64,000 nucleotides of DNA, taken from assembly GCA_964016885.1 (NCBI GenBank), contig OZ024753.1, positions 33,356,001-33,420,000 on the forward strand, in the 5' to 3' direction. The position numbers were made by a program, and so were the translations under genes. Each line of letters starts with the position of its first letter. Positions within the stretch are counted from its first letter, which is position 1. Source of the DNA: Eledone cirrhosa. Taxonomy: Eukaryota. A model generated the notes under the pieces. It was not told the DNA's origin, made no database searches, and saw nothing but the letters and a program-made list of their open reading frames with translations. Below are positions 26,001 through 39,197 of this stretch, in pieces.

Positions 26001-26240
26001 TTAACCCTTTTTGATACCAGATCATCTGAATCTGCCCCTTGTTCTAGGATACAAAACTATTTGTTTATAATTGTTTCTATTCATCCAAAAACCTTCCATC
26101 ATAATTTTATGTAAAAACTTTAGTTAAGCTGTTTTCCAAGCACCAGCTTAATAATAAGAAAGTTGCTTATGTAACTATATCCCTCTGAATTCTTATTATT
26201 TTCAAAATTGATTGAAAACCATAGGCAGAGCTTTTTCAGG
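26001..26240 (+). mobile_element. piggyBac-like MITE
   Basis: TTAACCCTTTTTGATACCAGATCATCTG left end; interior is shared with the other copies. Confidence 0.55.
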
Positions 26241-26695
26241 CTAAATTGAAAGTTTCAATAAAGTCAATTCCACTACTAAACTGCAAGTATAAAGATTCAT
26301 GCTACAAAATTTCTCATATTTATGGAACAATGAAGCTGAAAATAGTTTGCAAAATATACACAATGTCATCTAAAAATGGATATCACTAAATATCAGTCTC
26401 TCTAGAATCTAAACTTTAGCTTGAGATTTTCAGTAATGGCACTTGACCAAATATTATTGTTCCATCTTGATTATTTTTTTTCTCTGGAGAATACAAGAAA
26501 AACAACATGGTACTGGCCAAAGAAGACATTTCACTTATTGGTTATTCTGGTTCATCACTGCAGCTCCTTCTTTAATTATTTAGTTCTTAGTTTTAGATGA
26601 GAATTTGTTGAATTTTCAGGAAATATCCTCTAATGTATTTTGTTTTATGTTTACATAATGTTTTATTTTTAGAAAAATCTAAATAATACCAAAAA

Positions 26696-26850
26696 GGCAG
26701 TAAATTGGCAAAGTCGTTGGGGGCATTGGATAAAATAGGCCTCAAGATGTGTTTTTAATTCACTGCCCTCTGAGTTCAAACCCTGCCAAGATGAACTTTG
26801 CCTTTCATTCCTTTGGGTTTAATAAATAAAGTATTAGTTCAGGGGCAGAT
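26696..26850 (+). mobile_element. SINE (family A-related) that seeds the satellite
   Basis: GGCAGTAAATTGGCAAAG head and GAGTTCAAACCC B-box run directly into the first satellite unit. Confidence 0.7.
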
Positions 26851-29800
26851 ATCCTGCCTAGATCAACTTTGCCTTTCATTCCTTTGGGTTTAATAAATAA
26901 AGTATTAGTTCAGGGGCAGATATCCTGCCTAGATCAACTTTGCATTTTAATCCTTTGGGTTTAATAAATAAAGTATTAGTTCAGGGGCAGATATCCTGCC
27001 TAGATCAACTTTGCATTTTAATCCTTTGGGTTTAATAAATAAAGTATTAGTTCAGGGGCAGATAACCTGCCTAGATTAACTTTGCATTTTAATCCTTTGG
27101 GTTTAATAAATAAAGTATTAGTTCAGGGGCAGATATCCTGCCTAGAATAACTTTGCCTTTCATTCCTTTGGGGTTAATAAATAAAGTATTAGTTCAGGGG
27201 CAGATAACCTGCCTAGATTAACTTTGCATTTTAATCCTTTGGGTTTAATAAATAAAGTATTAGTTCAGGGGCAGATATCCTGCCTAGATCAACTTTGCAT
27301 TTTAATCCTTTGGGTTTAATAAATAAAGTATTAGTTCAGGGGCAGATAACCTGCCTAGATTAACTTTGCATTTTAATCCTTTGGGTTTAATAAATAAAGT
27401 ATTAGTTCAGGGGCAGATATCCTGCCTAGATCAACTTTGCCTTTCATTCCTTTGGGTTTAATAAATAAAGTATTAGTTCAGGGGCAGATAACCTGCCTAG
27501 ATTAACTTTGCCTTTCATTCCTTTGGGTTTAATAAATAAAGTATTAGTTCAGGGGCAGATATCCTGCCTAGATCAACTTTGCCTTTCATTCCTTTGGGTT
27601 TAATAAATAAAGTATTAGTTCAGGGGCAGATATCCTGCCTAGATCAACTTTGCATTTTAATCCTTTGGGGTTAATAAATAAAGTATTAGTTCAGGGGCAG
27701 ATAACCTGCCTAGATTAACTTTGCCTTTCATTCCTTTGGGTTTAATAAATAAAGTATTAGTTCAGGGGCAGATAACCTGCCTAGATTAACTTTGCCTTTC
27801 ATTCCTTTGGGTTTAATAAATAAAGTATTAGTTCAGGGGCAGATAACCTGCCTAGATCAACTTTGCATTTTAATCCTTTGGGGTTAATAAATAAAGTATT
27901 AGTTCAGGGGCAGATATCCTGCCTAGATCAACTTTGCATTTTAATCCTTTGGGTTTAATAAATAAAGTATTAGTTCAGGGGCAGATATCCTGCCTAGATT
28001 AACTTTGCATTTTAATCCTTTGGGTTTAATAAATAAAGTATTAGTTCAGGGGCAGATATCCTGCCTAGATCAACTTTGCCTTTCATTCCTTTGGGTTTAA
28101 TAAATAAAGTATTAGTTCAGGGGCAGATATCCTGCCTAGATCAACTTTGCCTTTCATTCCTTTGGGTTTAATAAATAAAGTATTAGTTCAGGGGCAGATA
28201 TCCTGCCTAGATTAACTTTGCATTTTAATCCTTTGGGTTTAATAAATAAAGTATTAGTTCAGGGGCAGATAACCTGCCTAGATTAACTTTGCCTTTCATT
28301 CCTTTGGGTTTAATAAATAAAGTATTAGTTCAGGGGCAGATATCCTGCCTAGATCAACTTTGCATTTTAATCCTTTGGGGTTAATAAATAAAGTATTAGT
28401 TCAGGGGCAGATAACCTGCCTAGATTAACTTTGCCTTTCATTCCTTTGGGGTTAATAAATAAAGTATTAGTTCAGGGGCAGATATCCTGCCTAGATTAAC
28501 TTTGCCTTTCATTCCTTTGGGTTTAATAAATAAAGTATTAGTTCAGGGGCAGATATCCTGCCTAGATTAACTTTGCCTTTCATTCCTTTGGGTTTAATAA
28601 ATAAAGTATTAGTTCAGGGGCAGATAACCTGCCTAGATCAACTTTGCATTTTAATCCTTTGGGGTTAATAAATAAAGTATTAGTTCAGGGGCAGATATCC
28701 TGCCTAGATCAACTTTGCATTTTAATCCTTTGGGTTTAATAAATAAAGTATTAGTTCAGGGGCAGATATCCTGCCTAGATTAACTTTGCATTTTAATCCT
28801 TTGGGTTTAATAAATAAAGTATTAGTTCAGGGGCAGATATCCTGCCTAGATCAACTTTGCCTTTCATTCCTTTGGGTTTAATAAATAAAGTATTAGTTCA
28901 GGGGCAGATATCCTGCCTAGATCAACTTTGCATTTTAATCCTTTGGGTTTAATAAATAAAGTATTAGTTCAGGGGCAGATATCCTGCCTAGATTAACTTT
29001 GCATTTTAATCCTTTGGGTTTAATAAATAAAGTATTAGTTCAGGGGCAGATATCCTGCCTAGATCAACTTTGCCTTTCATTCCTTTGGGTTTAATAAATA
29101 AAGTATTAGTTCAGGGGCAGATATCCTGCCTAGATTAACTTTGCATTTTAATCCTTTGGGGTTAATAAATAAAGTATTAGTTCAGGGGCAGATATCCTGC
29201 CTAGATCAACTTTGCCTTTCATTCCTTTGGGTTTAATAAATAAAGTATTAGTTCAGGGGCAGATATCCTGCCTAGATCAACTTTGCCTTTCATTCCTTTG
29301 GGTTTAATAAATAAAGTATTAGTTCAGGGGCAGATATCCTGCCTAGATTAACTTTGCATTTTAATCCTTTGGGTTTAATAAATAAAGTATTAGTTCAGGG
29401 GCAGATAACCTGCCTAGATTAACTTTGCCTTTCATTCCTTTGGGTTTAATAAATAAAGTATTAGTTCAGGGGCAGATATCCTGCCTAGATCAACTTTGCA
29501 TTTTAATCCTTTGGGGTTAATAAATAAAGTATTAGTTCAGGGGCAGATAACCTGCCTAGATTAACTTTGCCTTTCATTCCTTTGGGGTTAATAAATAAAG
29601 TATTAGTTCAGGGGCAGATATCCTGCCTAGATTAACTTTGCCTTTCATTCCTTTGGGTTTAATAAATAAAGTATTAGTTCAGGGGCAGATATCCTGCCTA
29701 GATTAACTTTGCCTTTCATTCCTTTGGGTTTAATAAATAAAGTATTAGTTCAGGGGCAGATATCCTGCCTAGATTAACTTTGCCTTTCATTCCTTTGGGG

Positions 29801-31737
29801 TTAATAAATAAAGTATTAGTTCAGGGGCAGATATCCTGCCTAGATCAACTTTGCATTTTAATCCTTTGGGGTTAATAAATAAAGTATTAGTTCAGGGGCA
29901 GATATCCTGCCTAGATCAACTTTGCATTTTAATCCTTTGGGGTTAATAAATAAAGTATTAGTTCAGGGGCAGATAACCTGCCAAGATCAACTTTGCATTT
30001 TAATCCTTTGGGGTTAATAAATAAAGTATTAGTTCAGGGGCAGATAACCTGCCTAGATTAACTTTGCATTTTAATCCTTTGGGGTTAATAAATAAAGTAT
30101 TAGTTCAGGGGCAGATAACCTGCCTAGAATAACTTTGCCTTTCATTCCTTTGGGGTTAATAAATAAAGTATTAGTTCAGGGGCAGATAACCTGCCTAGAA
30201 TAACTTTGCCTTTCATTCCTTTGGGGTTAATAAATAAAGTATTAGTTCAGGGGCAGATATCCTGCCTAGATTAACTTTGCCTTTCATTCCTTTGGGTTTA
30301 ATAAATAAAGTATTAGTTCAGGGGCAGATATCCTGCCTAGATCAACTTTGCCTTTCATTCCTTTGGGTTTAATAAATAAAGTATTAGTTCAGGGGCAGAT
30401 AACCTGCCTAGATTAACTTTGCCTTTCATTCCTTTGGGTTTAATAAATAAAGTATTAGTTCAGGGGCAGATATCCTGCCTAGATTAACTTTGCCTTTCAT
30501 TCCTTTGGGTTTAATAAATAAAGTATTAGTTCAGGGGCAGATAACCTGCCTAGATTAACTTTGCATTTTAATCCTTTGGGTTTAATAAATAAAGTATTAG
30601 TTCAGGGGCAGATAACCTGCCTAGATTAACTTTGCATTTTAATCCTTTGGGTTTAATAAATAAAGTATTAGTTCAGGGGCAGATAACCTGCCTAGATTAA
30701 CTTTGCATTTTAATCCTTTGGGTTTAATAAATAAAGTATTAGTTCAGGGGCAGATAACCTGCCTAGATTAACTTTGCATTTTAATCCTTTGGGGTTAATA
30801 AATAAAGTATTAGTTCAGGGGCAGATAACCTGCCTAGAATAACTTTGCCTTTCATTCCTTTGGGTTTAATAAATAAAGTATTAGTTCAGGGGCAGATATC
30901 CTGCCTAGATTAACTTTGCATTTTAATCCTTTGGGGTTAATAAATAAAGTATTAGTTCAGGGGCAGATAACCTGCCTAGATTAACTTTGCATTTTAATCC
31001 TTTGGGTTTAATAAATAAAGTATTAGTTCAGGGGCAGATAACCTGCCTAGATTAACTTTGCATTTTAATCCTTTGGGGTTAATAAATAAAGTATTAGTTC
31101 AGGGGCAGATAACCTGCCTAGATTAACTTTGCATTTTAATCCTTTGGGTTTAATAAATAAAGTATTAGTTCAGGGGCAGATAACCTGCCTAGATTAACTT
31201 TGCATTTTAATCCTTTGGGTTTAATAAATAAAGTATTAGTTCAGGGGCAGATAACCTGCCTAGATTAACTTTGCATTTTAATCCTTTGGGGTTAATAAAT
31301 AAAGTATTAGTTCAGGGGCAGATAACCTGCCTAGAATAACTTTGCCTTTCATTCCTTTGGGTTTAATAAATAAAGTATTAGTTCAGGGGCAGATATCCTG
31401 CCTAGATTAACTTTGCATTTTAATCCTTTGGGGTTAATAAATAAAGTATTAGTTCAGGGGCAGATAACCTGCCTAGATTAACTTTGCATTTTAATCCTTT
31501 GGGGTTAATAAATAAAGTATTAGTTCAGGGGCAGATATCCTGCCTAGATTAACTTTGCCTTTCATTCCTTTGGGGTTAATAAATAAAGTATTAGTTCAGG
31601 GGCAGATAACCTGCCTAGATTAACTTTGCATTTTAATCCTTTGGGTTTAATAAATAAAGTATTAGTTCAGGGGCAGATAACCTGCCTAGATTAACTTTGC
31701 ATTTTAATCCTTTGGGTTTAATAAATAAAGTATTAGC
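26782..31737. repeat. 71-bp tandem satellite, about 70 copies
   Basis: Unit TTCAGGGGCAGATATCCTGCCTAGATCAACTTTGCCTTTCATTCCTTTGGGTTTAATAAATAAAGTATTAG; period measured from 26838 to 26909; no spacers. Confidence 0.98.
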
Positions 31738-31927
31738 CCAGAGGCAGTTGATTGATGGAATTGTTAAAGAGTAGGATGGGATAATTGCAGTATCTGGCCC
31801 AATGTGTATGACTTGTTTGGGTTTTACTTTAGTAATTAATAGAAATACTCACCAGAAAATTAATTAATGTCTCGTTAACATGCAATACTTAAGACAACTA
31901 TTTACATATGAATGAAAAATAAGATAC

Positions 31928-32172
31928 ACCATTTATCTGAATTATATACATTAGTGTACAATGAGTGTTAACAGAAGAGACTCCACTCATTGCATTAAAA
32001 TACTTAAGTGTACCATGAGTATACCTTAAGAAGCACCACTTATTTCAATATATTTTAGTGTAGCACAAGTGTGAAAATAAAAGGCACCACTTGTATCATT
32101 AATATATTTGAGCGTACCACTAATGTAAACATAAGAGGTACCACTCATCACATTTAAAGACTTGAGTGTACC
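31928..32172. repeat. degenerate ~52-bp tandem repeat, about 5 units
   Basis: Recurring CCACT...ATAYTTRAGTGTACCA...AAGAGGCA pattern. Confidence 0.6.
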
Positions 32173-32269
32173 TTTATAGCAGTTATCTCTAATATTCAAA
32201 CACTAAAATGAAAAATCGTGTTTTTCTATAAATAACCGATTCCATATAGATTTTTAACATGTTTTGTTT

Positions 32270-32432
32270 ATTTAGGGAAAGTTGGTTAAATCTACCCCAG
32301 TGCATTACAGGTACTGTAAGGATGAAAGGCAAAGCTAACCTCGGTGGGATTTGAACTCGGACCACAAAGGGCTGCAACTCTATGCTGCAAAGCATGGTGT
32401 CCGACCCTCTACTGATACTGCCAATCCACCAC
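32270..32432 (-). mobile_element. SINE family A
   Basis: Reverse complement of the GTGGATTGGCAGTATCAGTAGAGGGTCGGAC...GAGTTCAAATCCC consensus. Confidence 0.8.
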
Positions 32433-32632
32433 AATGATAGTGTTATAAACTGGACACAACGATTCTCTTATATATCTAACAACAAACATTTTTTGTCATT
32501 ATAAATCAAAGATAATTTGTATTCAAAGCAGGTTTACTTTTATATTCTTTTATTCACCCCCAGCTGTTTATGTATTTTGTTTCATTCTCTTTAACTTAAA
32601 GATAATTCATTTTAAGATAATTCATCAAGTGA

Positions 32633-32945
32633 AGGCAGAAAACTTAGTGGTTAGAGCATTGGGCTTACAATTGTGAGGTAGTAAATTCGATTCTTGGACC
32701 AAGTTGTGTGCCCTTGAGCAAGATACTTTATTTCATGTTGCTCCAGTTCACTCAGCTGTAGAAATGAGTTGCAATGTCACTGGTGCCAAGTTGTATCAGC
32801 CTTTGCCTTTTCGATAACATCAGTGGTATGGAGAGAGGAGACTGGCATACATGGGTAATTGCTGGTCTTCCACAAACAGGCTTGTGCCTTGGAGGGAAAC
32901 ATTTTAGGTGCAAATCCTATGATCATTTGTGACTGAATGGGGTCT
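32633..32945 (+). mobile_element. SINE family B (tRNA head, CORE-like domain)
   Basis: CTTAGTGGTTAGAGC A-box, TTCGATTC B-box, GTGCCCTTGAGCAAGATACTT core. Confidence 0.7.
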
Positions 32946-33424
32946 TTCTTTTATTTCATCAACTACCATACACTCATATATCATAACATCTATGAACATA
33001 GGCTTGCTTGATCAGGACTGAGCTGGCGCCAAACAGCAATAAAATCAACACTGTGTTAACGAAATATTTCTTAACTGCAAATGCAGGAAAGAATATATTT
33101 AGAAAATAAAACGAGTGATTTTAAAAAAATTTCTTTTTGCTAAAATTTTAAGTTTGTAGATTATTTGTAATTAATTCAATAATTGGGTGATCAATCACTA
33201 CATTTAATGGAAAAAATATTAATCAATATTATATGTCTCACCCAACTAAATTGTACACAGTACCACACACATGCACACACTAATATATATTTACAGACAC
33301 ACACTCTCTCTCTTTTACGCGCACACACACACACATATATTAACGACCGTTTTCCTTGCTAGCAAGGGGTTGAATGAGTTGTCACAAACCAAGTCAGTAG
33401 TTAATCGGAATTAAAGACCTTAAT

Positions 33425-35935
33425 GTGTATTTTGTTAGAGATGCCTACTGGCTGTAGTAGGTTTTACTTTGTATTTAGGTAAGGCGGGTCTTCTCTATTA
33501 CTGAGTACCGCCAAAGGTCTCGGTCCAGTGACATTGTCTTGGAGAGGTGTAAGTGTGTGAGGTCAGAATTTATCAGCTCGTCCCAGGTTTTTCTGGGTCT
33601 GCCTACTCCGTAGCTACCGTCTATCTTTATTGCCCTGCACTTTGTTATACAGCTGTCGTCTTTCATGCGTATCACGTGACCATACCAACGTAGCCTTCTC
33701 TCGAGTAAACAACATCTGATCCCTCTTATTTCTAATTTTTTCCTTAGTTCGCTTATGCTTTGCCGTTCACGTATGTTACTATTACACATCCAGCGGAGCA
33801 TGCAAGCTTCGTTCCTCTCTAGTCTGCGTATATCCTCTGCACACAATGCCCAGGTCTCACTGCCATGCAACATTGCTGTTCGTATGCAGGCATCGTACAA
33901 CCTGCCTTTCATTCTTAGGGAGAACCCTTTAGCGGCTAATAGTGGTATAAGCTCTCTGAACTTCTTCCAACCAGTTCTGACTCTAGCTACTGTACTTTCA
34001 GAGCACCCTCCCCAACTGCTGATTTTGTCGCCCAGGTAACGGAAGCTGTCCACTATTTCTATAGAACCCTCTGCGCAATTGAAAGAGCTAGTATTTTGTG
34101 GGCACTTGCTGCTACTTATTGCACCAGAGCACCGGCCACATGTAAAATCTATGTTCTTAGTTAGCTTACCTGTGATCCCACTACATCTTTTATGCACCCA
34201 TACTTTGCATTTGGGACATAAAATGAAGTTTCTACCTACGCCTTTCCTACACACTGAGCATGGCCATTTCCCGGAAGGGACCGGCGCCTTATTTTCTTTC
34301 CTACAAACTAGAACTTTAGTCTTAGCCAGGTTAATTTTAAGGCCTTTTGATTCTACGCCGTGCTTCCATGTTTGGAATTTCTTCTCTAGCTCGGCCATTG
34401 ATTCAGCTATGAGCGTTAGATCGTCTGCGTATAGGAGTTCCCATGGGCAGCCGGTCTTGAACTTCTCTGTTATAGCCTGAAGGGCAATAATAAATAGGAG
34501 GGGGCTAAGAACAGAGCCCTGATGGACACCAACCTTTACGCTAAACTCTTCACTATATTCGTTGTTAATTCTAACCTTGCTGACTGTTTCTTTATACATG
34601 GCTTGTATAGCTCTGACAAGCCATTCGTCAACACCTAGTTTTCTAAGAGCCCACCAGATAATGGAACGGGGGACTCTGTCGAAGGCTTTCTCCAAGTCAA
34701 CAAAAGCTAAGTATAGGGGTTTACTTTTAGCTAGGTACTTCTCCTGTAGTTGTCGTACAATGAAAAGAGCGTCTGTGGTACTTTTGCCTGACACAAACCC
34801 GAACTGCATTTCATCTAGATCAATTCTCTCTCATTAGTTGCGCTATTACTTTTTCCGTGACCTTCATGACCTGGTCGATTAATTTAATGCCTCTATAGTT
34901 ACACCTATCTAGGGCATCTCCTTTACCCTTGTAACAGTTAATGATGATGCTGCTACGCCAGTCCTTCGGAACAACCCCATTCTGTATGACTTGGTTTACT
35001 ATCCGGGAGACCATGGTGTGTCCCACCGTTCCAGAGGCTTTCAGCATCTCAGCAACTATTTCCAAAGGCCCAGCCGCCTTTCCCGTCTTCATATCTTTGA
35101 TTGCCTTACTTATTATACTCCCTTCAACTAACACTGCTGGTCCCTCTATTGGGTCGATGTGGGGGAGACTGTCTTTCTCCCATTTATTCTCGTCATTTAG
35201 AAGCCTTTCGTAGTGACTCTTCCATGCTACCTTCTTATCAGCATCAGTGATGGCAAGTACGCCTTCATCATTAAGTACACACTTCTCCCCGACAATATCA
35301 CGGTTTTCCTTGACACATTGCCTAGCAATCCTGAACACCTCCCGTTTTTGGTCCGCGCGTTGTAGAACATGCTTGAACTTTCTTTCCTCTGCTTCCCTTC
35401 TTGCGAAGTACACTTGTCTTCTAGCTTCCCTCCTGGCCACTTGATAGTCTTCTCTACTTACCCCATCCCGCCATACTTTCCAAGCCTGCTTTTTGGCCTT
35501 AATTGACTCCTCCACCTTACTGTTCCACCACCATGTTACTCTCCTACCTACCGGCCTGCTCCAGCCACAGACTTCGTCTGCCACCGTCAGCAGGTTTGCT
35601 TTCAGGAATTCCCACTGATCCTCTATATTATACGACTAATTGCTCTTCCTTACTGTCGAAAGCATCAAGTAATATGCTTTGAAATTTATTTCTGGCTGTG
35701 GGGTCCTTTAGCTTCCATATTTTTCTCCTGAGGATAGTCCTCTTCTGCTGTCTAGTACGTCTCGTCCTGACTATGAGGTCGCTAATTATCAGTCTATGTT
35801 GGGAGGTGCATTCTTCATGGGGGAGGGATTTAGTGTTAACAACAGACACTCTGTCACGTCTTCTGGTAAGGATATAATCTACCTGGCTTGTGTGTTCCCC
35901 CGATCTATAGGTGATCAAGTGATTGTCTCGTTTTT
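33425..35935 (-). mobile_element. RTE-group (RTE-X-like) LINE, 5'-truncated, about 2.5 kb
   Basis: Collinear ORF pieces 35918-35628 (end of the AP endonuclease: TY.SG...SQVDYIL...SQHRL), 35584-34820 and 34809-33475; one stop and one frameshift; the 5' side runs into a microsatellite. Confidence 0.95.
33475..34809 (-). CDS. reverse transcriptase of the RTE-group LINE, with inserted PHD finger (frameshift-isolated part)
   Basis: QFGF, FVDLEKAFD, GVHQGSVLSPLLF, LLYADD, FRYLG, RRLRWYGHV, GRPRKTW motifs. Confidence 0.9.
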   Translation of the reverse strand: MQFGFVSGKSTTDALFIVRQLQEKYLAKSKPLYLAFVDLEKAFDRVPRSIIWWALRKLGVDEWLVRAIQAMYKETVSKVRINNEYSEEFSVKVGVHQGSVLSPLLFIIALQAITEKFKTGCPWELLYADDLTLIAESMAELEKKFQTWKHGVESKGLKINLAKTKVLVCRKENKAPVPSGKWPCSVCRKGVGRNFILCPKCKVWVHKRCSGITGKLTKNIDFTCGRCSGAISSSKCPQNTSSFNCAEGSIEIVDSFRYLGDKISSWGGCSESTVARVRTGWKKFRELIPLLAAKGFSLRMKGRLYDACIRTAMLHGSETWALCAEDIRRLERNEACMLRWMCNSNIRERQSISELRKKLEIRGIRCCLLERRLRWYGHVIRMKDDSCITKCRAIKIDGSYGVGRPRKTWDELINSDLTHLHLSKTMSLDRDLWRYSVIEKTRLT

Positions 35936-35969
35936 TGAAGTTAGTGTTACAGATAGTTAGGTTTGTGTG

Positions 35970-36013
<44 letters not shown>

Positions 36014-37628
36014 TTTATGTGTGTGTGTATCTAAGTATATCTGTTCGTCTGTCTATCTCACTCTCTCTCTCTTTATATATATATGTGTGTGTGTGTTTGT
36101 ACACATGCATACAGACAATATATTACATATTCCAGGCATCACCTTACAACATGTCAATGTCTTTAACACACCAAAGAATATGAATAACCAAAGTGAAAAT
36201 ATAATTAAGATACGCTGCAAATATTCCGTGACACAAATAATTGACCAAAATAATGACAAGTATGATAATATTTGACGAGAAATACCTGGAAATTATTTCA
36301 CCTGGATTTGATGAGAAAAGTTATTATTGGGGAAGTTTTCACCTTAGAATGATGAGATAAATTCTAATTAAAGAAACTTTCACCTTGATATGAAAAAAGA
36401 ATTATTATTACCTGTTTGTGACCATATTTCAAATGAAATATATTGATTAAGTGTTTGATTAATTTTCAAATTGATCGAACATTTGTGAGTTGGTTTACTG
36501 AAATAGATACTTTTTTTTTAAATTATTATTTAAAATCATCATCATTGTTTTAATATCAGCCTTCCCTGCTAGCAAGGGTTGGCCATGTCTAAATAGGCCA
36601 AATCAGTAGTTAAGTGGGGCTACTGACCATCCAGGCAGGCCAGATGTTTGCATTTCTCTTACATATGGTCTCACATTCTCCCGAGTGCACAAGTGAGGGT
36701 TTTATCTCTTTAACACAACTGAAGGGTCCTCCTCAACCTGTTTTTGGCAAGATTTCTACACCTGGATGCCCTTCCTGTGGAGACTAAATCCATTCATTGG
36801 CCTAATTCCACTGAAAGGCTAAGTTAAAACAACTTTGGAAACGTATTTGAAAGTATTTAGTAATATAATTTACTTCAGTTTCATTATCATGTGTCTATTT
36901 TCTGTGCTTGCATAGGTTAGGTGAATTGTCATATGCTGAGGCCTGGCAGGTAGGTCAGACAACTGTGTCTTGGTCATATGTTCAATTTTGGCATGGTTTT
37001 TACAACTGGATGCCCTCTCTAATGCCAACTATTTCATGGCATGTACTAGTTTTGTTTACAAGTGGTACCACTACAACCACCGTATGTTTGGAATATAATT
37101 TTATTTTATTTCTATATTTATTTCAGTAATTTCTAGACATACATTCTTATGAAGCTCACTTTGAACCGATTTCTGAATTACATGCAACAATTCTGAGGGA
37201 ATTACCATTCTTGGGTGAATAGAAGAGTGTTAGCATATTTTAAAGGTAAATCATCCAAAATATTGTGAATTCATGTGATTGCATATTTTAAGTATTGATA
37301 AACCTGGACAAAGTAGGTTACTGCAGCCAGTCAGTGAAACTTGTAGTATGAGTTACTGTCTTTCTCCATCATTATTGTTTAACATGCATTTTCCATGCAA
37401 GCATGGGTTATACAACTTGTCCCATTGTGAAACAAGTCAAGTAAGGTGACCATGCCTTGCTCATACAGAACTGTTTCTGACTTGGCTTCTATAGCTGGAT
37501 GCCCTTCCTAACACAAACCACATATACAGCATGAACTGGGTATTTTATCATGGCACCCGAACAACCACACACTGGGTAATTGCTGGCCTTGTGCCAAAAG
37601 TAGAAACAATTATTATGTATATATATAT

Positions 37629-37818
37629 GGGCGGTGGATTGGCAGTATCGGTAGAAGGTCGGACGCCATGCTTTCCAGCATAGTTATGTTCCTTTACGGT
37701 CTGAGTTCAAATCCCGCCGAGGTTAACTTTGCCTTTCATTCTGACGGGGGTCGATAAAATAAAGTACCAGTAATGTACTGGATAATTGCTGGCCTTGTGC
37801 CAAAAGTAGAAACAATTA
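37629..37818 (+). mobile_element. SINE family A
   Basis: Close to consensus; inserted in (TA)n. Confidence 0.88.
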
Positions 37819-38986
37819 TGTATATATATATATATATTCCAAACTGTTGGTACTAGCCATATCCAGCTGAATGGACTTAGTCAATATGAAATGAAGTGCA
37901 TTATTCCAAGACACAACTCATCACCCAGTCTTGGAAGAGAACTCACAAGCCTATAATAACGAGCCCAGCATGTGAACCACTATATTACATGCCAACACTA
38001 TTGCCACCAATGTACAGGAAGGAAGTGAAAAGTGGAAGAACTTTTTGAGTAAAGTAAATCTTTCACTAAAACATTTATTTTAAAAGAAGAAAAAATAAAG
38101 AGAGATTTGAATCATTTTTCATTAAAAAAAACCTAATGTGTTTTGATAAATGAATTCTAAACTGTGAGGATAAGCATTATATTTAAAGGAAAACTATGTT
38201 TTAGTTGTAACATGTAGTCAAGTAAAGATATGTTGATGATAAATTCCTGGAGCAAGATCACATATATAACATTGTAACATGTAATCCTGAATAGACCTGC
38301 AGATGTTTTTTATAGAAAACTTTAATGGATATTGAAATAACCACGTGCTGATCTGGTTCTTTATCATAGCATCACATATATTGATAAAATTCTACCCCAT
38401 TTTTTCAACATTACATTGAATTCACCTCAGGAATATTATCTTGTATATTGGTTACATTCTTTACAATGATTTTAACACTTTTTTTAAACTGTCAGTATTT
38501 ATTTATCTTAAAAATATGAAATGTGGTCGATAGGCCAAAAAAGAAAAAAGAAAAAAGAAAAAACATTTAGCAAATGGCTTGTCATACAAATATGACTGGA
38601 AACTATCTTTTTAATGAAGTTCTCACCAAAGTTAAGTGTAGATACCACCTGTTATATAACTTTACATTAATATAATGGTAGGAACATATCTGGATAAGAG
38701 TAGCTGCTTCCTGAACCAGCAGGATATCAAACTACCAGCTTGGAGGGTAATGGTTTGTATAACATCCATACTACTGTGGAAGCAGTAAGGCAGAGGGAAC
38801 ATCTTATAAGACTACTTATCCATATATCATGTGTTGAAATTTTCTGCAGGTATTGTATTTTATGGGATTAGGATAAGATGTACTCAATACATGCTGTGAA
38901 ATATTTGGTAAACGAATGGCGACATCATAGGGTAGATAAAATGTCTAATTTTTGCAGAAGTGTTGATGCTATAATAAACTAACCAG

Positions 38987-39197
38987 GTTGATGCTATAAT
39001 AGAATGCACCCAGTACATCCTGTAAAGTGGTTTGTGAACAAATTGAGATAAAGAATTAAGAAGACTCGCTAGTGTTGATGTCATGATAAAATGCACCCAG
39101 TACATTCTGTATAGTGGTTTGTGAACGAATAGAGACAACAAAAGATTGAGAAAACCCTCTAGTGTTGATGTCATAATAAAAGGCACCCAGTACATTC
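38987..39197. repeat. ~87-bp tandem repeat, about 2.5 copies
   Basis: GTTGATGTCATRATAAAATGCACCCAGTACAT occurs three times. Confidence 0.75.

Noticed and set aside
26782-31737. CRISPR-like array
   Set aside because: The units are contiguous with no unique spacers, there are no cas genes, and the context is eukaryotic and SINE-derived.
33755-35444. Plus-strand ORFs overlapping the LINE
   Set aside because: They are antisense shadows of the RT frame with no independent motifs.
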